Shown here: positions 11,988-22,587 of the stretch, one piece after another
Numbering within the stretch: the first letter of the stretch is position 1
How the letters are laid out: each line of letters starts with the position of its first letter
Assembly: GCF_000143415.4 (NCBI RefSeq)
Contig: NW_003314271.1
Span: 1,327,431-1,391,430, forward strand
Source of the DNA: Selaginella moellendorffii
Taxonomy: Eukaryota; Plantae; Lycopodiophyta
Reading direction: 5' to 3'
DNA: 64,000 nucleotides
Translations under genes and position numbers: made by a program
The notes under the pieces: model-generated
Databases searched by the model: none
Told to the model about the DNA's origin: nothing
What the model saw: only the letters and a program-made list of their open reading frames with translations

Positions 11988-13280
11988 ATGTGGCAAATGT
12001 TGCGTGAAGAAAGATGCCCTTTCTGGGCAAATGCTGTAAGAGGCAGATGCCGAGCAGATGTATCTCAGGCTAGCGAAGGGGACAAACGAAAGCTAGCTAT
12101 AAACATGACGGGATGCAAATAGATTACTAGGCTGGTCCTGCGAAAATCAAAAACCATAATTGAAAACATTGAAAATGCAAAAAGAAAGGTTTATAATATT
12201 TTTGAATTTTAAGCAACCAAAGGAATGTAAGTAGGGCATGTGTTTGTAAGTTTAAAAATGCCTCAGCCATATAAATTCCCAAGTAAATAAAGCTGTTTCT
12301 ATTTTTGGTACAGGTAAACTTTATAGCGTGTGGGCTCATGCAATTTTGAACCCAAAAATGCACCAAAAGATGCTCGACTAGCATTATTCTTTGAATGGCA
12401 TGTGGCCTTATATTGCCATAAATGGACGTACACACACAGCATAATTATTCCTTTACACGGCGAATAATCTTGGCGCGGATCGCTGACATGGCATGGCAAA
12501 GTTCGAATCACTGACATGGCACAGCTGGATTGAGGCAAGGACATGATGTGACAAAGTTCAACCTCCGACAGCAAAGTCTAGAAGCTACTCAGTTTGAAAT
12601 TTGTCAGAGGAATCATAAGATCTGGTTTGTCAGAGGATTTGATGTGACGTTCAAGCGTGTGTTATTTTTGAATTCTCGAACTCATTCCTAGGTCTATCAT
12701 TTTTGTGCGCCGTGTTCTTGGTTCCGCTGAGCGCAGTGAGCGCTGCTTGTGTAAGCGGCGTTGTGAGCTGTGGTTTATGCGTCTACAAGCGGTTGCGGCA
12801 TTGCGAGCGCCATTGCGAGCGGCAGTTTATGCGAGTGGCAGTTTGTGCGAGCGGCGCTACGAGCAGTTGCGGTGTTGCGAGCGGCGCTACGAGTAGTTGC
12901 GGTGTTGCGAGCGGCACTGTCTTTGGTGTGGCTACCGCTTCCTCTTGATATTCGGCACTTGGGTTCCTGGTATGTTCACCATGGAATGGCTTAGGACCAC
13001 ATTTAGAAATGGCATGAGGCCACATGCCATCTTGGGCCCTTGCAATTTCATGGCTAGCGTATTGTCATGTATGTTTTTACTTGCCTGCAGCTGTGTGTAT
13101 ATCAAGATGGCATGAGGCCTCATGCCAATTTTGTGAATGCGAAATTTCACGTGGGTGTCAATAGCATGTTTGAATAATGGCATGTGGCCTCATGCTATTG
13201 AGGTTGTTTGGTATGTTATGATTTAGGCCATTCTCCAATCATTTTTTGTATGGTCTTAACTTCTTTTCTACACTTTCAGA

Positions 13281-16200
13281 ATGGCCTTCAGGGTTGGGGA
13301 AAAGGTTTACATTTTGAATGGTGGGAAGAGAGTTGCAAAAGGGACCCTTGTGTCTATGGATCGGAACTTTGTTATACACTGTGAAAGGCTTGGGGAAGGC
13401 AATGCTGCTGTATCAGTAGAGACTGTCTTCGATGGGAATGTGGTCGCTATGAACGAGGAGAGATGGTCGTCGGGGTAAATGTTGTTGTTGCCTTGAAAAA
13501 TCTTCAGAAGAAAGCAGATGTTGGGGACAGCGCAAGTGCGACGCATGTTCCCTCCGTGGATCTTAAGAACCGTGCTACATGGATTCAGGCAAAAGTGTTT
13601 CTAAACAACCCCGAGGGGGAGGTGGTAGCTGAGGGCTTAGCCACAGTTGTCGATCCAAGAGATGCGGTTGCTAATCAAGAATTGGGCTGGGATGATATTG
13701 GAGTTGCGATTTTAGAGGTTGTTGACACAGAAGAAAACAGTCTGACTATTGGAAGCATTGTGCAGTGGAAATTGAGGCATTTAGTGTTTGAGAATGTGAA
13801 GGATTCACAATCAAACACCACTACAACTGATGACAGAACATCTCTTCATGGGAAAAGAAAGTACACCTTCCTAAAGCGCAGCCAAAGGGATCTGAGCAAC
13901 GAACCGAAAAGGCAGAAAATGGCGATGGAGGTTCGAATGGTCTCGACAGTTGCTTGTTGCAAGAGGAGGTGCTGTCAACATGCTGATTGGGATGCTATTG
14001 AAGAGGAGAGAGCAAGATACAAGACATTGTCCTGGAAGGCAGCTCGCAATTTTGTGTATGAGGCATTACGGTCATCTGTTGATGCTTCAGAACATCAGGT
14101 GGGGGGCATGGTCTTCCAAAGGGGTTTGGTCTGCATGAAGGCATGGAGAATCATTTATGGAGTCCCTCGAACCACATTCTACAGAATCAAAACTGAGTTC
14201 GAGGAACAAAGGGTTCAACAGGCAGTCCATGGGAACGACGGTACGCACAAAACCAGGGGTCATGTTGTATATGGAGAGGCAATCTTCAAGAGGTTTGTCG
14301 AGACATGTAGCGAGCAGCAACCACATAAAACCCGCCTCTTGGAAGATGGAACACGAGACACCCAACGAGTTCTCCCTTCCATGTATACCAAGGGGGCCAT
14401 ATTGGAAGATGTGAATCGGGAATTCCAGAGTAATGGCTACAGGAAGCTGAGCCAATCTAGATTTAGTAGATTGTGGAGCAACAGGTTTAGGGATGTGAGT
14501 ATAGGAAAGTACTCCAGCTTTTCAAAGTGTGACGAGTGCACTGCTATCAAAATGGCTTTGTCGAAGAATTCTTGCAGTGCTCAAGAGCGAGAGACATTGG
14601 TTAGAAGGCGGCTCGACCACAACATCGAGCAGAAAAGCTGCAGGACTGCATATTATCATAACAGGATTCTCTCCATGGAGAGACCTGACTCTTACCTCTG
14701 CATCATCCACGACAAAATGGACCAGAAAAAGACATGCTTACCTCGACTCAATCCTGCCCCCAAGGCAATCTCTTCATCCATGCAGCTGCCTGTGTCTCTG
14801 TTTGGCATAATCGCTCATGGGCATGGTGCCCAGAACTATGGGAACTTCTTTGTACCTCTATGGGGTGGCGGGGGTGCAAACATGATGATTGCGTCCCTAG
14901 CAAAACACTTAAGGTCTCTGCAAAGTGCGCAGACTGAGCTGAACGGCCAACCCTTGCATAAGGCCCTTGTCGATCGAACCCCATACAGGGTTCAGCTGGA
15001 GGAGGAGCAAAGGCTTGCAGTATCGCGTGGGGCCCCATGCCATCCCAGTGAATATGTTGGCCGTCAGATTGTAGGGTTATCACGTGAGGCCTCATGCCAT
15101 TCCGACGAGGCTGGTTGCCCGGTGAATGCACAGCCTCATCCAAACGAAGCAGAATCTCAAGGAAGTTCTTGCGGCCGATGTGGCCTTCCACCCCATCTTC
15201 TGCTCCAAACAGACAATGCTGGCAGTGAGAACAAAAACATGTACATCTTCGCGTACTTGGCGATGCTTGTTGCCAAAGGCATATTTGAAACGGTTACACT
15301 TGGCTTTCTCATGGTTGGGCACACTCATGAAGACGTGGATGCCATGTTCAGTCACCTGGCAGAGTCCCTCCGGCGATCCAATGTCCTCACCCTCCCACAA
15401 CTCTACGATGAATTCCAAAATTGCATCAAAGGCACTGTTGAAGCTGCATTTGTGACAGAGGTTCCAGACTTTAAGGGGTTTGTAAGAGGCTACATCAGGG
15501 ACGGATCCGAAACGCTGATTGGCCACTCCAAGCCTCTTCAGTTTCATTTCAGCATGCGTGACGGTGCTCCAGTGATGAGGTACAAGATGAGAGAATGGGA
15601 CATAGTGTGGCTACCAGTGGACGGCATTGAACTCTTCAAGAGAGATCCCATAACTGGGGAACCTATGATTCCTCAGGGTTCCCCACGGCCGATGCACCCG
15701 GATGGACTCAAAGACCAGGAAAGTATAGTGGCCGGGATTAGACAGCATATTGCCTTCTGGAAGAGGGGGTTGGTGTTTGGTGGAGAATCCTATTTTAAGA
15801 GGTGCAAGCCTTTGCTCGAATACTGGGAGAAGATTATATCTGCTATCCAAAATGGGCCGGTTGTATATGAAGAATTGGAAGAGTCCTTTTGGCCAGAACC
15901 CAGAGCACCAGATAGTAGCGGAACAATGTCCTCTGGAAATGCAGTGACAGATAACGATGTTGAGGATCACTATTGTGGGCCGAGGAACAAGAAGCCGGAT
16001 TCAGCATTCAATCCAGTACAAGTCTGCAAAGGAATGGTCGTGCTTGTCAGACCCAGTAATAAAAAACAAATGATATGGGTGGGGCGCTGCATCACTGATG
16101 CAGAGGAGGACGCGGAAACTAACTCCTTCAATGTAACTGTGGAGTGGTTCAAGCCAAGTTCTGGATATACGAAGGATTGCCTAGAAAAGAGATGGGTGCT

Positions 16201-16418
16201 GAATCCAAGGGATCCCAGCATGAGCATATCGGTGGATAATGTTGTGCATGGTTGGATGCGGAAGCAGAGTGCCACCATCACCTTGCCAGACCATGCAAGA
16301 GATGCAGCAAGAGCATTCATAACCCGGGTTCAAGGTGAGATTTAATATTCCTTTACTAAGTTTCTAATGTATTTTATTTCAAGGTGAACAATCCGAATCT
16401 GAATCAGAGGAGGCGTGA
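13281..16418 (+). CDS. Sola-like DDD transposase (main ORF 13463-16345; 2-nt frameshift near 13460; probable last intron 16335-16383)
   Basis: SKCDEC...H zinc-like motif; catalytic-like IIHDKMDQ, LQTDNAGSENKN and GFLMVGHTHEDVDAMFS; two N-terminal beta-rich repeats; C-terminal WVGRC...VTVEWF SH3/Tudor-like segment. Confidence 0.8.
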
Positions 16419-17010
16419 TGGCATGTGGCCCTTTGCACTAGTATATCTTAATACTGGTCTGAGAAATAGAATGGCATGTGCCCTCAGGCCTTTTACTAAA
16501 TCACCTTTGAAAGAAATGCAAGCCTCTATGTCGTAAAAAAAAGGTACTAGAGAAATTCCTTAATAATATGAATGTTATTTAGTTTCATGAAAATACACTA
16601 AGGGTCAAATGAGTTAAATGACTTCTCCAGACTAGCAATGCCTCTTGCTACACCTTCACAATTAGATTCGTTAGAAAAAGATAACATTGAATAATATCTA
16701 AATGTTCTCACCATTAAGTTATATGTCTGGCTAATAGGAATGACGTTCATCTTGGAAAGCTCACCACACGCTCAATGAACAAACAAATAGTGTGTGCGCG
16801 CATGCCATCGCTCTTCTTTAGCTTCAGATTCGGCTTGTTCACCTTGACAATGAGATTTATTATACAACCAGATGGACTCAGTCTGGACACAAAGTCACCG
16901 CGCTAGTCACCATGCCCCAGATATGTCTAGCCCCTGGACAAAAAACATATAATTTCACGTCATTTTCAAATACTTGAAAATTTGTACCTAGTCCCATTTT
17001 ACTGAATAAA

Positions 17011-17034
17011 TCCCACTTTAACGAAATAGAGCTT
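17011..17034 (-). repeat. Right TIR
   Basis: TCCCACTTTAACGAAATAGAGCTT. Confidence 0.95.
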
Positions 17035-17037
17035 AAG

Positions 17038-20000
17038 TTGGCAATGGCGTCAACCATCTATATGGCAGATGCTTCCCCATGCAATGCGATTGACACTGTT
17101 GGAGGTGAGTCAGGTAGCCTGAGACATCTCTCAGCTTCACTCTCTTTATTTGAGAGTAAGGCCGAGCCTCTAGACAGGCCCTCTTTATTTGAGGGCGGGG
17201 CTTATAGGGTACAGGCTCCCATATCCAGCTTTTCAGAGTGTTTCTCGATAGACGAAGGGCTCCTCGATTCGTTTCTTGCATGGGGCCAACTCTCTCTTAT
17301 GGAGCTTGATGACACAGTCACCCCAGACCGAGTCCATCTTTCACAAGACACAGCTGCACTCAATTCTCCTCAGCAACTATCTGAGGTGTTACACAGCCAG
17401 CATCTTTCTACTGAAATCACGGTAGCTGACGACTCCAAGGGTATTTTGTCATGCTGTTTTTTGGAGATGGAAGATGACATCCAGTCACACAACTGGCAGG
17501 AAGAATCAAGAAAATAGGACGTGCTGCATGCAAGTTATAGCTCTTTGAGTTCAGAACTTCCTACCATGGAGCCCCCAGTACAGATCCAAGGGTATTACAC
17601 TGAAACTTTAGCACCAGACTTGGACTGGACGTCGGTGGAGGATCTCCCTTCACTTGTAGAGTACCTGGCTGCAGTCCTTGCATTGGACATCGAGCGCTCA
17701 GAGCATCAGAAGCAACGAGAACAACAAACAAAGACTCCCGATCCAACAGCAACGTTCTTATCAGACTCACCAGAGACAGTCTTGCCGGATGTGGTGTCCC
17801 CAGCATCTTTATTTGAGGAAGAGGACACTCCTATGATTACAGCTTATTTTGACGGTGCTTTCTGCCCCAAAAACCAGGTTGCTGGCATAGGAGTTTGGAT
17901 GATTGATCCTGCGGAGAACAAAGTAGCCGACCTCTCTATCACTTTGCCAGCAACATCAGCTAATGAAGCAGAGTACTTTGCAGCCATAAGTGCCATGAAG
18001 CTGGCCACAGATCTCAAATTTAGGGGAGTCACTTTCGTTGGAGATGCGCAACTCATCATACACCAACTTACTGGGGAATACCAAGTCCGCAAAGAGAACC
18101 TGAAAGAGCTATGGCAGCGGGCGGTCAACCTAAAGGATGAGTTCTCTGAGGTGTCTTTTCAAAGTGTCCCCCGTGAAGAAAACTTTTGGGCAGACAGGTT
18201 ATCACACCAAGCAATCACCACAATGCGAGAAGCTAAAGGCACTCCCTGCTCTTCGGTTTCCAGGGTTAGGGAAGAATCAAAGATAGAGCCTCCTGAAACC
18301 AAGGTTTCTCCAGACTCCAGGGTTCATGCCGTTTTCCTAGGTGATGACAAGGACCCAGTCTTTATCGCCACATCGCTTGCTTCAACAAACGCAGCAAAGC
18401 GCTTAGATCTCCTTCACGATTTCAAGGACGTGTTTGCTTGGGACTACAATCAACTTCTAGGAGTTCCCATGGACACAATCATGCACAGTATTGTGCTTTT
18501 AGAGTCAGCCAAACCAGTCCGTCAAAAGATGCGGCGTTTCAGCCCGACAGCTCACTCCGAGATGAAGTTGGAGATTGAGCGACTACTAGCCGCTGGCTTT
18601 ATTTACCCTTTGGAGAGCTCAGAGTGGGTGGCCAATCTCATCCCTGCACGCAAGGCAAATGGAAAACTCTGCCTCTGTGTTGACTTTCGAGACTTGACCA
18701 AGGCAACTGCGAAAGATCACTTTCCAACTCCGTTTATCGATGCGATTGTGGATGAGATGGCTGGCCACCAGTACTACTCTTTCATGGATGGCTTTTCAGG
18801 GTACAACCAGATTTTCATTCATCCAGATCATCGAGATCTTACGGCCTTCCGGACACCTTGGGGCGTCTTTGCTTTCAATGTCCTCCTGTTTGGCTTGTGT
18901 AATGCCGGAGCTACTTTTCAGCGCTTTATGACCCATGCCTTTCATGACTTGATTGGAGGCACCTTGAGGGTGTATATGGATGATCTGTGCACGACCTCTA
19001 ACTCCTTTGAGGAACACCTTATGCACTTGGAACAGATTTTCACTTGCTGCCGACAACACAGGTTTTCATTGAACCCGGCAAAGTGTAAATTCGGGGTAAC
19101 CGATGGCCGGTTTTGATGTCTCTCAGGATGGGATCAGACCCCAGGTAGCCAAGACTCAAGAGATTCTAGATCGGAACCCACCAACCAACTTGAAGCAGCT
19201 TCGCAGCTTCCTTGGGCAAACAGGTTTCTTTTGCCGTTTCCTCCACAACTATGCCGCACATTCACGGCCCCTGGTAGCTTTGCTACAACACAGTGTTCCA
19301 TTTATCTGGGGTGAGTCCCAACAACAAGCCTTTGAATCACTACAGCAGTCACTCCGTACGGTCCCAGTACTCCAACCACCAGAACGACAACTCCCTTTTG
19401 ACATTTACATCACAACGGGTACAGAGGCTTTTGGAGTATGCCATTGCCAATGTTCACAGCCTGGTAAGCCACCACATGCAACATATTATGCCTCACATTC
19501 GTTCAAGGAGACTGAAAAGAAATATGTGGATGCGGAAAAAGAAGCAGTGGCTGTTGTTTACACTTTGGAGCGATTCCGTCACTTTCTCGCTGGAGCCCAT
19601 ATCCATTTCCATGTCTATTTAATGTGCTGACCTTTCTTTTACAGCGACCGGTTCACAGTCCTCGTACTTTATCTTGGATTGTGACCATCCAAGACTTCCA
19701 ACCAACTTTTCACATGCGGCGGAAGCATGTGATAGATCCGAGAGAGTTCCTGGTTGCTAAGGCTACCTCCTTTGTGGTCCCAGCAGCATTACAGGATGTT
19801 GCGGTGTACCTGGATTCAGGTCAGTTCCCAGCAGATTCCTCACCAGTACAACAAAAGGCATTGGAGATCCAAGCACGGGGGTTTTGCCTTCTTGATGGAC
19901 ACCTTTACAGGAGGACTTCTCAGGAAGTTTTGTTGCGATGTGTGGGGGAACACGAGGTCCCTGAGCTCCTTCACGCTTTCCACTCTTGTGCGGGGCATTT

Positions 20001-21021
20001 CTCGGGACGGGTTATAGCACAGCTCCTCTTGCGCCATGGCTACTTTTGGCTTCGGATTCACCAGGACAGCTTGGCCTATGCAAAGTCATGTGAGCAGTGC
20101 CAACGGTTCAACCCCCGGAGCCATGTTCCACGTCTTCCTTTTCAGCTCATCACTTCTCCGGGTCCCTTTTTCCAGTGGGGACTTGACTTCGTTGGCCCGA
20201 TCAACCCACCGAGCTCAAAAGGACAGCGATACATTATCGTGGTGACGGACTATTTCACAAAATGGGTCGAGGCCACCCCTTTGCGACAGGCAGATCAACA
20301 GTCTACAGCAAAGTTTGTCTACGAGTACATCATTTGCCAATTTGGAGTTCCTGCAGTTTTGGTTTCTGATCGCTTCCTTGGACAGGTGATGCAGCATCTT
20401 CTCCAGCAACTACAGGTCAAGCACGTGAAAAGCAGCAGCTATTATCCGGAGTGCAATGGCCAGGCAGAGTCCAGCAACAAAATATTAAAGACAGTCATCT
20501 CAAAGCTTGTGGAGGATCACCCAAGGCATTGGCACGAGCACTTGGTTACAGCATTGTGGGCCTTTCGGACATCCTTCAAGACATCCATCTCTGCGACCCC
20601 ATTCTCCCTTGTCTATGGGACAGAGGCCATACTTCCAGTAGAGATCCAGGTGCCATCACTCTCACTTTCACTTTGATACACAGCAGCGATGCAGCTTAGC
20701 GATGAGGACAAGCTTCATGCACGTGACTTGGAGGTTCTTGCCTTAGAAGAACAGCGACGATCCACGACTGAACATCTCCTTCGAGGCAAGCAGAAGATCA
20801 AGTCAGTCATCGATCACCAGCGGTTTGCCGAACCATTCGAGGATGGCGATCTCGTTCTACTCAAGGAGTTCACGCCACCTTCGAAGTTCTCCCCTCGCTG
20901 GACCGGCCCCTACTTTGTCCAGCGACACATCGGAGGCGGAGCATATATGCTAGTTGATGCTGATGGACGTGAGCTCCCACACGCTCACAATCACTCTCAT
21001 CTCAAACGCTTCATTCGGTGA
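17038..21021 (+). pseudogene. pol of Tat element: archaeal-type RNase HI, RT, RNase H, integrase (stops and frameshifts)
   Basis: aRH: AYFDGA, NEAEY, GDAQLII, REENFWADRLS. RT: CVDFRDL, MDGFSGYNQI, FGLCNAGATFQR, VYMDDL. INT: H...GHF...CEQC, WGLDFVGP, NGQAES, SPRWTGPY. Frame is continuous with 3167-3788 once the DNA transposon is removed (PKLAMAST). Confidence 0.92.
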
Positions 21022-22398
21022 GGCGTTCCTTTTCTCTTCTTTTTTTTTTTCTTTTTCTTCCTTTCTTTCACTTTACTTTTGTGGCTACTTTTCTTACTTT
21101 CAGAGGGTGTTTCTCCGTTGGACCATGGCCTATGCTTTGGATTTCATGCTCAGGCTGCATTGCCGTTGGTATGGAGGTTCCTCGCTTGGCTCGGTCTATG
21201 TTCCAGGTTCTTTGGCCCTTCCTTTATCATTCCTATACCCTACACATTTCCCTCACTCATTCCATATCATCTACACTCACAATTCCATCACCACTCACTC
21301 CTAGCAGTGTTGCGCACACTTATCTCTAGATGCCCGTCTTGCATCTTTCATTCTTTCACCATCATTCACACCTCCATTTGAGGTCACATTTACACCATAC
21401 CACGGACACACATACATGCACCAGCAGCAAAAGACACCACCTCATTTGGATGTGCCGTTTCCGAGATGTTCTAACGACCATTTGCCGACGACGCACTAGC
21501 TTTTCTGGAGCAACTTTCTTCCAACCAGATGAACTTGTTCACTCGAGGCACCTAGGTGGATCTTTAGGCGAGGCCACAGAAGCCGAAGCCACTTTCTTCT
21601 GCTCCAGCACTCAGTGGACACATGCCACCTCTCTTTACCGGCAACCCAGCGACTATGCCGTCCATTTCAGCTGTTGACTTCTTCAGTCCGACAAATCAGC
21701 CTGGCCACCTTCTCAGAGAGCCACCACCATCTTAGCACTCCACCATATCACTCCACCATATTGGTGTTGGAGTTGGCGCAGGAGTAGGAGCGAGAGCAGG
21801 TGGTTACCGGTTATAGGTTATAGGTACCCGGCTACCGGTTACCGGTTACCGGCTACTCCGAGTGGTCAGTGCTTACTCTACGGGCCAACGGTTATCAATG
21901 GCTATCACTTCAGAGTGCCACCACCATCTCGGTGCTCCACTATATCACTCCATCTTTCATCATTTCCACACTTACCACCCTTGGGCAACACATCCCCTCT
22001 CTTACCTCTCTTTCTTTCTCGATTTCGGCCAATCCTTGGAGCATACCGGAAGTCATCAAGAGGTTGCATTTGCATATTACACTTTCCTGAGCTGAAATCC
22101 AGGTACAGGTTAAGTTCTTTGGGTACTCACTTTTTTTTCTTCTATTTTCCTCCTCTTTTCATACTTTTTCTACACTTTTCTTCAACTTCAGGTCCAGTTT
22201 GACTACAAAGTTTCCCACCGGGTTTTCTCCCTGTCTCCAAACTTCTCACCTACCCTTTTCTTTCTTTTCCACTCTGTTTTCTAGAGTTTCTACTATTTCA
22301 CGCAGTTACCAGCACTTGGCATTAGTAGCAAAGGTACACTCTACACTCTTCGGAGGGTTCTCGCGCGTCTGGAGCCAGCACGATCCACCGTGGTCGCA

Positions 22399-22587
22399 TG
22401 TTAGGGCGTGGCCACCGAGAGAGTGAGAGAGAGAGAAGGAATATTCTGGTCCTCAAAATATTCCCCATCTTCCTTGTATAAAACCCTTGCCTCACAAGGG
22501 CAAGGGGGCGCATTTTTGGTAGAGAGCAGTGAAGCATTTCTCGTGTTTGAGCGAGCGTTGGGGGAGGTGCCCCTCCTTCCCCCAACA
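22399..22587 (+). repeat. 3' LTR of Tat-type element
   Basis: Near-identical to 364-560; followed by AAGC. Confidence 0.93.

Larger units (their letters stand above)
10500..12472 (+). repeat. ~0.85-1.0 kb tandem duplication (about 2.2 units) between the two divergent transposon genes
   Basis: 10716-10961 recurs at 11587-11832; unit starts near 10510, 11347 and 12323. Confidence 0.9.
4175..16808. repeat. Dispersed 22-bp palindrome family, consensus ATGGCRTGWGGCCWCAYGCCAT (~25 copies)
   Basis: Copies start at 4175, 5252, 5327, 6544, 6735, 6876, 8374, 9651, 9711, 9788, 10510, 10589, 11347, 11419, 12323, 12395, 13009, 13107, 13177, 15022, 15079, 16418, 16471 and 16787. I did not see it outside the two transposon copies. 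Confidence 0.92.
3789..17034 (+). mobile_element. 13.2-kb cut-and-paste DNA transposon, Sola-like, with a large accessory gene
   Basis: Perfect 24-bp TIRs AAGCTCTATTTCGTTAAAGTGGGA (3789-3812 and 17011-17034); 4-bp TSD AAGT (3785-3788, 17035-17038); excision restores the host pol frame; DDD-type transposase inside. Confidence 0.92.
364..22587 (+). mobile_element. Ty3/gypsy LTR retrotransposon, Tat-type (gag-PR-aRNaseH-RT-RH-INT), interrupted by a DNA transposon at 3789-17034
   Basis: Direct repeats TGTTAGGG...CCCAACA at 364-560 and 22399-22587; AAGC on both outer flanks (360-363, 22588-22591); PBS after the 5' LTR; recognisable gag/pol motifs inside. Confidence 0.93.

Noticed and set aside
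4175-16808. Palindrome family as a CRISPR array or bacterial REP elements
   Set aside because: Spacing is irregular (57 bp to >1.5 kb), there are no cas genes, and the context is eukaryotic with spliceosomal introns.
3789-17034. Classification as CACTA, MULE, hAT or Helitron
   Set aside because: Termini are AAGC...GCTT with a 4-bp TSD, not CACTA/3 bp, 9-11 bp or 8 bp. No Rep/helicase motifs are present.
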